Part shown: positions 47,501 to 57,700 of the stretch, one piece after another
Position numbering within the stretch: position 1 is the stretch's first letter
Layout: every line of letters begins with the position of its first letter
Source: a virus
Reading direction: 5' to 3' (one strand)
DNA length: 64,000 nt
IMG/VR virus record: IMGVR_UViG_3300030333_008051
Span: 1-64,000 of that record
Notes under the pieces: model-generated
Database searches by the model: none
The model's input: only the letters and a program-made list of their open reading frames with translations
Told to the model about the DNA's origin: nothing
Program-made: the position numbers and the translations under genes

Positions 47501-50500
47501 CATTCCAGCAATCAGTGTACCAGTAGCTAATGCTATAGATAATACTGGGTGGTTTGATATCCAACTTGTTAGAGAGTTTGAAATTGGATTGTTTCCTACA
47601 AAACCCTCCCTTGAATATGGATAGAAATCTAAGTCTGCACTTTTATCTTCACCTATCTGCCTAAGTCTGCCATACTCCCATCTTCCAAAATGATGCAATT
47701 CTGGTTGCGTCATCATTGCACCTAAAAGTTGGTGAGTACTGTAGTAAGTTTGATTATCCCAATCTACACTTCTGTCTGTTCCGCCAACACCCTTGATTTT
47801 TTGTGTAAGTTCGGTACCAAATGATTGTACTGTTATCTCAACTAAATCACCATTTTTATTCCATGCAATATCTGTCGCTCTTCCGTTTAGAAGTACACTC
47901 AGCATATTCGGATCATTGCTGTAACCAACCCTAAGTTGAACATTCATACCTGGTCTTAATACAAGAGCTGTAAACGGCTGGTCATTTGCAGCCACTTCGC
48001 TATTATCTGCTCTAGTTGCTATGTTCGGATTATCCTCTGCGATACGCTCAGCTTCTTTTTCATTAAAATAATCAAGATCTACGATTGAGTTTCTTCTAGT
48101 TCCATCGAGCGTTCCATTTACATTTTGCAGAACTATAGTAGCAGTATCTCCAGGATCTTTTCTCGTTGCATAGAAAGTAAATTCTTTTACAGCGTTATAG
48201 CTGTAAAAATCATCCATATTAAGAAATCTTGACTCATGCTCATCTTCTTCTACGAAGAATAGTTTGAAAGTTGGATAAGCCCTTTTCATCGACATCTTGT
48301 TTGAAATAATATCTGAAGAAGAATTTCTTGCTAAATTTTGCAAATTAGCAGGATCGTAAAACTGCTCATATTCAGCAATAGTATTTATTCTACTTTCTGC
48401 TAAGTCTCTACTTATTTTGCTCGCAGTATCTTTGTTTATAACGTTACCAAGATAAGCTTCTCTTGACCCCATCATCGCTTCGAAACCTCTCATCTTTTGA
48501 GCTAGTTCTCCATAAGTGTGCTTGTCGACAGAAGTTTGACTTATGTATTGGGGATTACCATCAGTGCTGCTGATAGGAATAACTGAGGTCTTTGCAGCAA
48601 CTATTTCTTCATCTGTAGCGTAGGTGTTTACATCTTCGTCTGGACGCTCCACAGCTGAAAGAAGTCCAACTTCGGTAGAGTTGTATATTCCCGTATGTCT
48701 TTCATCTGCATTGTCTATTAAAGTTTGTAATGATTCTTGTCTTTTTGACCTGTAAGAGCTTAGTTCGTCTGTTCTGGGAAGTCCGCTAGAGTTAAGTCCA
48801 AATAAAGAACCATGGAAGGGGTTGCCAGTGGGACCGGTATCTACCCATGCAGAAGTATTGTCTGAACCAACAGGCTTTCCGTAAACCCTTGCTGTACCAG
48901 GATTATCGTAAGGGTTACCTTCAGGTCCAGGAGCGGCACCGGGTACTGCCCATTCATAATGAACATCTGCTTTCATCAAGTCAACTTGATCACTACCCTC
49001 TGGGTGAGAAACTATTCTTGAAAGCCTGGGAGTAAGATCTGCTGAAGCAGAATAGACACTAAGTCCTGCATCAGATTTTGGCTCAAGACCATTTTTCTGT
49101 GTACGTTTGTGAAAACGGTATGCAGCTTCAACAGCAATTCTGCTTTGATTATAAACTTCTTCTTCTATTGCCCCTCTTACGCCAAGACCAGCATCTTCAT
49201 AAGCGTTCCACATATAAAAGTCTGGAGTTACAGAATATGCAAAACGACTGTCGTAATACGGATGTTTAGGAAGATCTAGATCTGGATAACATTCTGCACC
49301 AACATATTCATTTACTAATCCTTGTTCGGGCAACTCTGTGTCTGCAAAGCCAATTGCGGCCATCAGTGCAGGACTACCAATTATACGGTCTGCAAATTCA
49401 GTTAAAATTCTTTTTAACTGAGCAAGTTTTTGTCTTTCTTGATCTAGGTTTGTCAAATTGTCAAGACCTGGATCTGGAGACTGATTCATAGTCATTTGCC
49501 AAGCAAACTCTCCCTTTTCGGGAGTGCCTCCCACAACATTGTGCTGCATGAACGCCCAGGGACTTTCTCCGATTATCCCTGGTGTAGTACCTGGAGCTGT
49601 AGGTTCAAATACTCTGCCGCGGGCTTTATCAGTTGCTGTCTTTAATTGCAAGAAGGGGTCAACAGCAACCTGAGTTCCTCCTGCTAAAAGCCCCATATTT
49701 TGACCTCTGCCAAATTGAGTAACTAGTTGTCGACCAACACCTTGCTGAGTATATGCTGCGAGTTGTTGTGCGCTCATCCCTTTAGTTGTACCCGCCATCA
49801 ACATTGATCGTGTTCTTGCTAATGCAGCTGCACCAAGTGCTGCCTCCCCTGCTGGTCCATCAAAAGGTATCGCAGCAGCAGCAGCCGTTCCCGCCCATAG
49901 CAAGCCAACAAGAATCCAACCAGTAGCACCAGCCGTCATTGCTCCTTGCCTAAAAGAGTAAAGCCACCCAGACATGGTAGGTGAGTTCATTAAGTACTCT
50001 GGACTAAAAAACCAATCGTTAAAAATATTGACTTGATCTCGAACACCAAAGTATCGATTACCACCCAAGACTTCATCAACGAAACTATGAGTAAGAGCTT
50101 CAGCTATGGAGGGTACTAGATCCCCTATAACTTCCATCTTTAGTCCCTTGTTGAAAGGTATTACGCTTTGTGCGTAAATCCTACCTAAGCCCTGTACAGC
50201 ATTATCAAATCTTTGCTGAGCTTCTCGAACTTCACTATCTGTGCTGTTGAACATTTCTCCAGTAAAATTGCCTGCAGCAATATCGGTAGGCATGTTTGTG
50301 CCCCAGGCTTCCCAAACATCTGCAAATGGTTCTAGAAAGTTTTGCCTTTCTTCGCTAAGCGTCATCATGGCGTTTCCTTCAATCCATTGCAAATCTTGAT
50401 TTTTAAGTTTTGACTCTATGTTGAAGCCCCAGTTGACTGTTCCGTATATCCCGTCAATATCTGCAGGAGTCAATCCTTCAGTGGCAGCTGCAAGCTCTTC

Positions 50501-53500
50501 ATAGCTGTCATAACCTTCTCCAGTTGCAGCTAGTTCTCTAAAATAATACATCAGCCAACTAATATAGCCCGACCACATGCAACCCTTAGTTGCTTCTTCT
50601 GGTAGATCGTAAAGCTCTTTTGCAATATCTCCATTTTCTAAACCATTCTGGAGTTCACTTTCTGCAAGTATTAATCTTCCGGTTCTCAAAATATTATTAA
50701 GAGTCATCCAGAGTTCTTTTAAAGCACTTACCTGTTCTTCTCCACTACCTTCTTTTGCAGTTACTGAACCAAGATCTGTTTGATGCACATCATAATAGTC
50801 TGTAGAATTGATGACATACTTATCTGTTAAAGTAGCAACGTTGCCAGAAGTTACAGATCTATTATTTTGGTTGTACCATGTCTCAATTTCATCTGCTGTA
50901 GGTATTGCTCCCTCGCTTGGAATTCCTCCAGGAAAGCTGGAAGCATTTTTTTGAAAATATTCAATGTCATTTTGAGTAAGTTCAGGAATCGAAGGCAAAC
51001 CACCGCCAGCACCACCTTCTCTACGATCATGTATTTCTCCAAAAAGAAGACCAAAATCTCCTGATTCTCGCAAAGCATCAGTTACAGAGTTGTTACCAAT
51101 TAGCCACCAGTCGCTAGATCCGGTTCTGTCTTCATTCATCTTAACTGCTTCGTACATACCATAGTCGGTTTGGACGGGAATTGTAGAGCCACCACCTGGT
51201 GACGGTAGATGTAAATTGAATGCCATTCCCGAAGTATCATCTAGAATATAATTTGCTGTTTTCTTTTCGGCTCCAATCTGACTATTTTGGTAAGCAATTT
51301 CTGATGTAGGGGATAGCTCTGTCTGACTTCCTCCAGATCCACTGGATATCTTTCCAGAAGCTTCCATAGCTTCCCAAAAGTAACCGTAACCTTGCTCTGT
51401 TCTGATATATTGAAAGTCTGATTGTTGGGCTCTTCCAGAGCCTGTAACATAATGTTCTATTGGCCATTCTGTAGTTAAAAACTCTTGACGCCTTAGGGCG
51501 TCATGATCCATGATAGTGAGATTTTCTATTTCCTTAATATCGGAAACATTGGCAAAATGTGCTGCTGTTAAATTTTGTTCTGCAAGGTAGTTTGCTATTT
51601 CTTTTGGATCAGAAATAGTTCTAGTCAGTTCTGCCATTAGCAATGAGGCAAGACCATCTTCAGATAGGTCTAACGACCAAATCTTATTCAAAACTCTTGA
51701 TCTTAATTCATCCCTATCGCTTGGCTGTTCTGAAATAACAGTTAGTACTTCTGTATCATAGGGATTAGTTTCTGAAAGTTCCATTACGAAAGAAGACATG
51801 CCAGCAGTACCTTCAACAGTGTTTTGCTGAGTACGATGGATTACTGTTCTTTTCTTTAAGAATTCTTGATCATTGTCCTCTGGTAAAAAGAAATCCGGAT
51901 CTTTGTAGCTGCCTAAAAGTCTTGTTATGAAATGGTCTGTTGCAACACAATGTCCATCTGGAATTGGTCGATAAACTCTGGCATTTTTCTGGAGGTTTGA
52001 TCTCATATACTCAAGCAATGCACCTTCTTCTGATAAGTTGTCATTGTTTTCGCTATCCGCACTGGTAACAAACTCTAATACATAGCTAGGCTCCATTGAA
52101 CCGAGATGCTGATGCGTTGGGAACTCTTGCCCAATTAGAGGTATGCTAGCTACAATATGATTTATTGAACCTACAATATTGCTTACAACTAAATTGTCTG
52201 GGGATTTTATATTCAGTATGCTGCTTCTTGAATCATAGCTTGAATCTGCCCTACCCTCATACATTGCTTGAGTTATCGGCATTGAAAAATCTGGTTGCAT
52301 AGTTGGCCAGAAGTTTGAGTTTTCACTTATAAAAGTGTATGCAACTGTTCTTTTAAGAACGTTGCTTACATCTTGGTTATCCTCATATTCTACCCAGCCT
52401 GCCTGTATGAATGATTCGTATTCTCTTCTAATTTTTTCTTGCTCTTCGGGAGGAATTTCTAAATCTGAGGCCCATCCTTCATCACCTTCGTCAGGAATCG
52501 TACTTGAACCAGTAGAATCCTCATCTATAGGACTTTCTTTATAATCGTTGATCCCAAACCAATCACCATCATTATCTGATGTATTTATACCCTGTAAAAT
52601 GTCTTGGATTTCTATGTCTATTTCCTCAAGAGTTCGAGCATCCCCTGAAGCATCAGAAATTGTTGCTGCTTCACTTCTTGTAGCGGTAAAAGATATTAAT
52701 GGATCTATTTTTGTACCAGCACGGGTTGTTTCACAATGCAGATGGTTGCCGCCAGAATAGCCAGTATTTCCTACATAACCAATCAAATCACCTCTACGTA
52801 CTTGAATAGCATCAGCCATCCCAGTTGCATGATACTGAACTGTACAACCTCGAGTTCCATGAGTCCCGTTGTATGTAGCCAATCGATTGCCATTTACAAC
52901 TTCTTCTACTTTATTTAAATGAGAGTATGTGATTTCCCAAGAAGCTCCTGGTTGAATTTCACCATATTCATCTAGCACAGCTAAACCAGTAACCTCGAGA
53001 GTAAGCTGCAAACCATAGCCGTTACCACGGCCAAAAGGCACTTCAGAAAAATCACTAAATTTTTCACCAGTTGTTGTATTGACCATATAATCAGGCTGTC
53101 TTGCTGACATCCTGTTTGCAGTAGAAGTTTGGCTAACCCACAGAATTCCATCTTCTGCAGCATAGATTGGTGTATTTTTTGGAGCAGCAACATCAATCCC
53201 ATTGTGAGGTCTAGTTTTACCATTATAAGTTCTCATTCCAAAACCGGAATTTATTTCATATCCTGGTATTGGTGCATAAAAGAAATAATCAGTAACTCCT
53301 AAATACTCTCCTTCGAGTTCTGAAGTTGTGGGAAGTCTACCCCAGTCGGCATCTCGTGGGGAAGTGTTGCGTCTAGAGTATTCGCTAAATTCGCTAACGT
53401 AAGTCCAACTACTGTCATGGCCATGTTCCGGCTCATACTCTGAGCCACTACCAGCTTGTCTTGCACCAACTATATCTTCTAGCCCTCGAGACCGAACTCT

Positions 53501-54736
53501 AAGAGCTTCCATGCGTTCTCTTACAGCTTCTTGTTGCTGCTTCTGCATAGCTTGAACAATGTCAAATCTTACATCGAGAGCTGTAAACTCATGCCAATAG
53601 AAAGTTATTTTCTTTGTTTGGGCATAGCATGCATCTGCTATTTGAGCTACTAAAGCTCTTGATGTTGTTGGTCCGTGAAGTGCATCTACTATGAAATGAG
53701 CGCCTGCTCTTGGAGCTATACTTGTTGAAGTTTCACTAACTGGAGCCCCTTGAGTAAAACGATCAATACCGTGCCCTTCCATTTCCGCCTCACTTGGCTC
53801 TGTAGGCGAGGGGTAATAACCTGTGGTGTATCTGGCCCAATCACCTGGATCCATCATATCTGCTATATCTACACCAAAACATTCGTAGAGATTCTTTTGT
53901 TGCAAGTAGTTGCAATACCTTTTGTAAATATTTGAGTACTGAGGCAAGACTGGGGTAGCTTTTCTCATCACCCACGGGTCTCTTGGCAATAAGTCAAAAA
54001 CTTCACCCGCATGAGTAAAAAGCATACTATTTATACTTCTTCCTCCAGTTATATCTTGTGGCTTGCTGTAAGAATCAAAGCTATCAATTGCGCCATAATC
54101 TGTATTGCCAGCATTATCTAAAGGTCCAGAGCCTGGTCGACGTTCGCTATCTCCAAACGAAGTTATAGTAGGTTGTCTTAATAACTCTTTTCCAAAAGTA
54201 TCAATGGTTCGCCTTACATAACTATTCCCATCTGAACTATAAAAGGGAATTGTTTGCCACTCATCTCGATACATCCAGTTTAAAGCATAAGGTTTATAGT
54301 TAAACCACCTGAGATCCAGATCTATCATGAATGTTCCTGGACTACCTTTGAAGTTCTGAACGGTAAGGTTGGTCATTGTAAATGCCATGTTCTGATACAA
54401 AGGCCAATCTGGACATATTGAATCTCTTAAATATCTACTTTCTACATAGCAAAAAGGTGAATGCCTCAGTTGACAAATAAGCCTATGCATATGAAGGAAT
54501 AAATCTGGTGTAAAGACCAGTCTAACCGAGACTTGAACAATGCCGTGCCCACTAGGAACTTTTGTAGAAACTTTGGTACGCAAAGTTTTCCACTGCCACA
54601 TCATATCTTCTTTTCGAACAGATATGTTTGTTGGAGGAATGATAAGATCTATATCGTTGATTTGAAAAATTATTTTCGAAGGATCTTCTTCTGCAGTAAG
54701 CAATCCTTTATCTACAACACCACCTGCGGATCTCAT
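44570..54736 (-). CDS. Giant (3388 aa) tail-tip/baseplate hub protein with M23 metallopeptidase domain
   Basis: M23 motifs HNGID (H511/D515), YSHL, RRGDLIGYVGNTGYSGGNHLH (H665/H667). Hub-like segments VQLRVGYSNDP..L..LLNG and YKGEIMILGNPRIRPWD. Confidence 0.85.
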   Translation of the reverse strand: MRSAGGVVDKGLLTAEEDPSKIIFQINDIDLIIPPTNISVRKEDMMWQWKTLRTKVSTKVPSGHGIVQVSVRLVFTPDLFLHMHRLICQLRHSPFCYVESRYLRDSICPDWPLYQNMAFTMTNLTVQNFKGSPGTFMIDLDLRWFNYKPYALNWMYRDEWQTIPFYSSDGNSYVRRTIDTFGKELLRQPTITSFGDSERRPGSGPLDNAGNTDYGAIDSFDSYSKPQDITGGRSINSMLFTHAGEVFDLLPRDPWVMRKATPVLPQYSNIYKRYCNYLQQKNLYECFGVDIADMMDPGDWARYTTGYYPSPTEPSEAEMEGHGIDRFTQGAPVSETSTSIAPRAGAHFIVDALHGPTTSRALVAQIADACYAQTKKITFYWHEFTALDVRFDIVQAMQKQQQEAVRERMEALRVRSRGLEDIVGARQAGSGSEYEPEHGHDSSWTYVSEFSEYSRRNTSPRDADWGRLPTTSELEGEYLGVTDYFFYAPIPGYEINSGFGMRTYNGKTRPHNGIDVAAPKNTPIYAAEDGILWVSQTSTANRMSARQPDYMVNTTTGEKFSDFSEVPFGRGNGYGLQLTLEVTGLAVLDEYGEIQPGASWEITYSHLNKVEEVVNGNRLATYNGTHGTRGCTVQYHATGMADAIQVRRGDLIGYVGNTGYSGGNHLHCETTRAGTKIDPLISFTATRSEAATISDASGDARTLEEIDIEIQDILQGINTSDNDGDWFGINDYKESPIDEDSTGSSTIPDEGDEGWASDLEIPPEEQEKIRREYESFIQAGWVEYEDNQDVSNVLKRTVAYTFISENSNFWPTMQPDFSMPITQAMYEGRADSSYDSRSSILNIKSPDNLVVSNIVGSINHIVASIPLIGQEFPTHQHLGSMEPSYVLEFVTSADSENNDNLSEEGALLEYMRSNLQKNARVYRPIPDGHCVATDHFITRLLGSYKDPDFFLPEDNDQEFLKKRTVIHRTQQNTVEGTAGMSSFVMELSETNPYDTEVLTVISEQPSDRDELRSRVLNKIWSLDLSEDGLASLLMAELTRTISDPKEIANYLAEQNLTAAHFANVSDIKEIENLTIMDHDALRRQEFLTTEWPIEHYVTGSGRAQQSDFQYIRTEQGYGYFWEAMEASGKISSGSGGSQTELSPTSEIAYQNSQIGAEKKTANYILDDTSGMAFNLHLPSPGGGSTIPVQTDYGMYEAVKMNEDRTGSSDWWLIGNNSVTDALRESGDFGLLFGEIHDRREGGAGGGLPSIPELTQNDIEYFQKNASSFPGGIPSEGAIPTADEIETWYNQNNRSVTSGNVATLTDKYVINSTDYYDVHQTDLGSVTAKEGSGEEQVSALKELWMTLNNILRTGRLILAESELQNGLENGDIAKELYDLPEEATKGCMWSGYISWLMYYFRELAATGEGYDSYEELAAATEGLTPADIDGIYGTVNWGFNIESKLKNQDLQWIEGNAMMTLSEERQNFLEPFADVWEAWGTNMPTDIAAGNFTGEMFNSTDSEVREAQQRFDNAVQGLGRIYAQSVIPFNKGLKMEVIGDLVPSIAEALTHSFVDEVLGGNRYFGVRDQVNIFNDWFFSPEYLMNSPTMSGWLYSFRQGAMTAGATGWILVGLLWAGTAAAAAIPFDGPAGEAALGAAALARTRSMLMAGTTKGMSAQQLAAYTQQGVGRQLVTQFGRGQNMGLLAGGTQVAVDPFLQLKTATDKARGRVFEPTAPGTTPGIIGESPWAFMQHNVVGGTPEKGEFAWQMTMNQSPDPGLDNLTNLDQERQKLAQLKRILTEFADRIIGSPALMAAIGFADTELPEQGLVNEYVGAECYPDLDLPKHPYYDSRFAYSVTPDFYMWNAYEDAGLGVRGAIEEEVYNQSRIAVEAAYRFHKRTQKNGLEPKSDAGLSVYSASADLTPRLSRIVSHPEGSDQVDLMKADVHYEWAVPGAAPGPEGNPYDNPGTARVYGKPVGSDNTSAWVDTGPTGNPFHGSLFGLNSSGLPRTDELSSYRSKRQESLQTLIDNADERHTGIYNSTEVGLLSAVERPDEDVNTYATDEEIVAAKTSVIPISSTDGNPQYISQTSVDKHTYGELAQKMRGFEAMMGSREAYLGNVINKDTASKISRDLAESRINTIAEYEQFYDPANLQNLARNSSSDIISNKMSMKRAYPTFKLFFVEEDEHESRFLNMDDFYSYNAVKEFTFYATRKDPGDTATIVLQNVNGTLDGTRRNSIVDLDYFNEKEAERIAEDNPNIATRADNSEVAANDQPFTALVLRPGMNVQLRVGYSNDPNMLSVLLNGRATDIAWNKNGDLVEITVQSFGTELTQKIKGVGGTDRSVDWDNQTYYSTHQLLGAMMTQPELHHFGRWEYGRLRQIGEDKSADLDFYPYSREGFVGNNPISNSLTSWISNHPVLSIALATGTLIAGMLAVRAGGARLVARGSGGRVAGGGQPLIGPMQATETFPGAMVQTARPTVTYVQQASQRSRVFSWLSYNNPLSPGENIVGYALMTPFRILGSIIKNVRSGGPGWGSAVRSGGPAMRLGTRWGSSIDDLVASADELAEVLKPGFNGTAGRAATAAKQLIDRISGIRGSEAAAAAAARITQAARTAANSTGNARLLARQNIAREVYELQTRAAVQRFAWWPMGAAAQSLKGWAGRSSVAPLAWMVGKATFGNLFIKGPANLVRAAVPLWIAAKGADLLLTNITRWAQDNYINKYRQSVAKVKATLKMTPADDNLFPPNPASYMTLGWYDKKSFWERNVEMPVRAMFDSILNNYVGITYTKMSEWFDAWSDIPDAHILEKRVRPGACRYKLRAQTIWQTFQEMSHRHPGWIYGVRPYGTKFRNTMFFGVPSQRYWARPGDTNFVQRMNKIHRYLNDPGNNYNTLRKQAEELYPRDIIQEWYDTALLAAQALNPTLPSPSAEAYERWEHLAGDTETKAQTMWTDHFQNRMMQEFVTGMENRFVPFRRWHMITSDQDIVQNGIMTSESSVVNAVNVQYIDWNEKDGRPRETSAGVSPIKTQFMKASSQIPDNMLNTAVVNYPNCKGQSMALRYGQSALMYGLREMYKGEIMILGNPRIRPWDVCILMDDYNDMYGPVEVESVVHMFSHETGFLTEIKPNAVVMANEISTWPILEGIKLFAMAVKSVEENGKGADFFGNTDMFFSPEADSRMVDFFMKKYSTRFGQENPLEDFIEVLEDNGLVEDGRDIVRSANSNRLSATYGILSGIFGTAALAAGSGRLLMNVPRLLGAARHPIRNFNLSHYSPLIQSVVAIVAGQAGISGMTQRSGAIGSSAAWLIGMPILFAKCMEEETVNVVPLIKGNRPIVSGLTLKSPAELFNSILGNVTNAAEDTMNGMTRLVDEWQVYKAHSWAAYDKIHGNRSGFVDRYIHHGVTMFDWSKENL

Positions 54737-54739
54737 TGT

Positions 54740-57700
54740 TTATTCTCCCGAAACTCTATCAATATACTGTTTAGTAATAGGTCTTCTTGTATCATTTATT
54801 ATGATACTTCCATTGCTGCCAGTTCTGCTAAGAACACCCATTATATCATACATCGAGTTTCTGTTTACAATTTCGCCTCTCATCATATACGCATTATCTT
54901 TAGAAACTCTAGCTGTACCAATATTTATAGGTCTATTCATCATTTCCGATTCTCTGCCTACTGGCAAACTGTCTGGCGGGATGTGTCTGTCTGTTGCAGT
55001 CCCAGACATTATTGAAGCTTGTACTCTAGCATCGGAAAATTCTCCGGGCTGAATCAATGGTGTTGGAGAATAACCGCTATCACCCAACAATGCACCAAGG
55101 CCCAAACTAGCAGCAGCGCCTAAAGCTAGCGGGCCAACCATTTTTGTTGAACTGAACGCATTACTTGCTTTTTGAATCATTTGGCTACCTTTGTGAAGGT
55201 GGCTACTTAACTTGCTCAAAGAAGTTTGTTCACCTTGCAAGAATGCACCTTGCACTGCTCCAGCTTCATAAACTGCAGAGTTCCATAGTCGTAATTTTTG
55301 CCCCGTATCCATTTGCGCCAAAGAGCTCAATCTTCTTACAGTTTTAGTTCCCTCTATTCCTATGTCTTTTGCAGTAACAGCTGCCGTTCTCATCACGTCA
55401 AACGATCCTTGCAAATCAAGCCTCATTCCACTTAGCGATGCGCCTATCTTTCTTCTAGTGGCTGCATCAGCAATTCCGCTAACATCTACTCCGTGGATTG
55501 TTGTTGCACCTTTTGCCAATTCAGTTCCACCAAAAACATAACTTTTGATAAAAGTCTCTAATGGTTCTGCTTTTTGACCAGCAGAAGAAATAAATGTTTT
55601 TAACGCTTCTTCACCAGCACGAGTTATTTCAATTCCTCTGGGAAGCTTCTTAGCTTTGATACCAACTTCTTCAACTGCTGTTAGCAATGCTAATGCTTGC
55701 TGGTGCATAGCAATCTTTTCGGCACCGGCAGTAGTATTAACTATGCCAATTCGAAGTTGATCCAATGCAACGTCGAATCGACCTACATCTTTTGCAATGC
55801 GTTCTTTGATTGCATCTTCGTATACGAATCTTGCAGCAGAAAGTCCTTCGCCTGTCGAAAGCATTTTTCCTAAATTCTTGATACCTTGCTTTGACTCTTC
55901 TACCATAATTCTGGTTTGAGTTCTGTGAATTAAATCTTGCTCTATTACTTGCTCAGACATTTGGTGGAAAGATTTTCTCATTTTTCTTCCAGGGAACATA
56001 AGCTGATACAAATCACCATCGAAGTCACCAATCATACCCGCAGCCATACTTAAATCTAATCTTCTTGCAGCTCCCAGTTGTCCATAATGAACACCAACCT
56101 CCATAGATGGGAAGAGTAGGCGCCCACCACCTTCTCCAGAAGAATAACTAGTTATATTTTCTGCCATACTTGTGAAGAATCTACTTATGCTTCTTCTGTT
56201 TCCTTTTTGATCTAAGTTTGCAATGTCCGCAAAGCTTGATATTTTTCTTTTAGTATGTTTTTGCAAATCTTCTAAAGCTTGAACACCTTCTGCAGTGCGA
56301 GCAAAAGCTTTAAAAGTCGCATCATCTGAACCGTAACCAACTTCGGCTGCATGCCTGAATATTGCTGCTGGAGCAATATGCCCAGGACCAAGTTGCGGGT
56401 GTCTCATTGCAAGAGCATCTGAGCCTAAGAAACCTGCAGTTCCCCCTTCCATTCCTATAAAGAATCTTCTAAATATTTCTCCAGCATCTTTTGCTGCAGC
56501 AGCTCTTGGGCTTGGAGCATCTGGGGAGATTGCTTGTATAGATGCTTTTTCCCCAGAGATAAATTCATTCATAGCCGAAAGAAAAGTTTCAGTTTCTGCG
56601 AAAGCAGCTCTTCCTTTTACGTGAGAAACAGCGCCCCTGGCTCTTGCCAATTGTTCTGCATTATATTCCCAAGACGCAACAGCTTGACTTCCTATAGTTT
56701 TGTTGACACCAGATCTGTAATCTTGAAGTAAAGCCTTACCTTCTTCGCTTACTTCTACTCCTGACAACATGCCAGTTGTCATTCCTCCCAGAGAAATTGA
56801 TTGACCAACTGCCATAGCAGAACCTCTGAGCTTTCCTCTTAATAAATTCTTAAAACCTGTAGCCCATATTTCGGCCATATCGTTTTTAAAACTACCTACA
56901 GCTTGCTGTGCTTTAGCACCTGCCTCCGCAGACATTGCACCAGTTTGACTGACCAATGCAATGTCATTTGCAAACCTAGTTACCCGCCTAATATATTCTG
57001 CTTCTATTTTTATGTTGCCTTCTCTGCCGGGTATCTCTGTGCCTTTCATTAAATCTATCACGTCTCCGCCAGCAACAAAGAATCCCCCACCGTGCCCAAA
57101 CGCATTTTGCGCTGCTATTCTAGTTGATGATCCGGAAGGGCCAAAATCCAACATGAAACCACCACCACCCTTAAACCTGTCTTGCCTTAAAAAGGCTTTC
57201 ATAGATTCTTCAGTATCGCCATGCTTTATAAATTCGTCATAAGCTACTTTTTCTAGTTTTTCATATCTTGATTGCTCAAGCAACTTGGTGTTTCCAGCTA
57301 TAGAACTAGTCATGCGAGTTAAACCTTCCATGACTTTTAGCTCTCTGTCAGTTCCAGCTTTTCTAGCAATTACACTTGTCATAAAATCTGAGACAGTGTC
57401 GGTTGGAAGACCCATCATGTTTTGGAGTCTGTGTTGTAAGAATTGATAAGTTCTTGGCTCCATGGAAGCCAAGTTTCTTCTATACTCTGCAGATTGAGGC
57501 CCTGGAGTCAGAGTGGTCAAACCCAATGCAAGACCTTGTCTTGATGCTGCCATTATTCGGCTAGCTTGTCCCTTACCGAATTCTCCTTCAAGTATGCCAG
57601 CGAATGCATCTTCACCTTCTTTGCCGAGACCACTCATGCTTTTCCAAGCACCAGCAAATACCATACCTATAAGTTCGTCTGGAATTGCTTTACCAGATTT

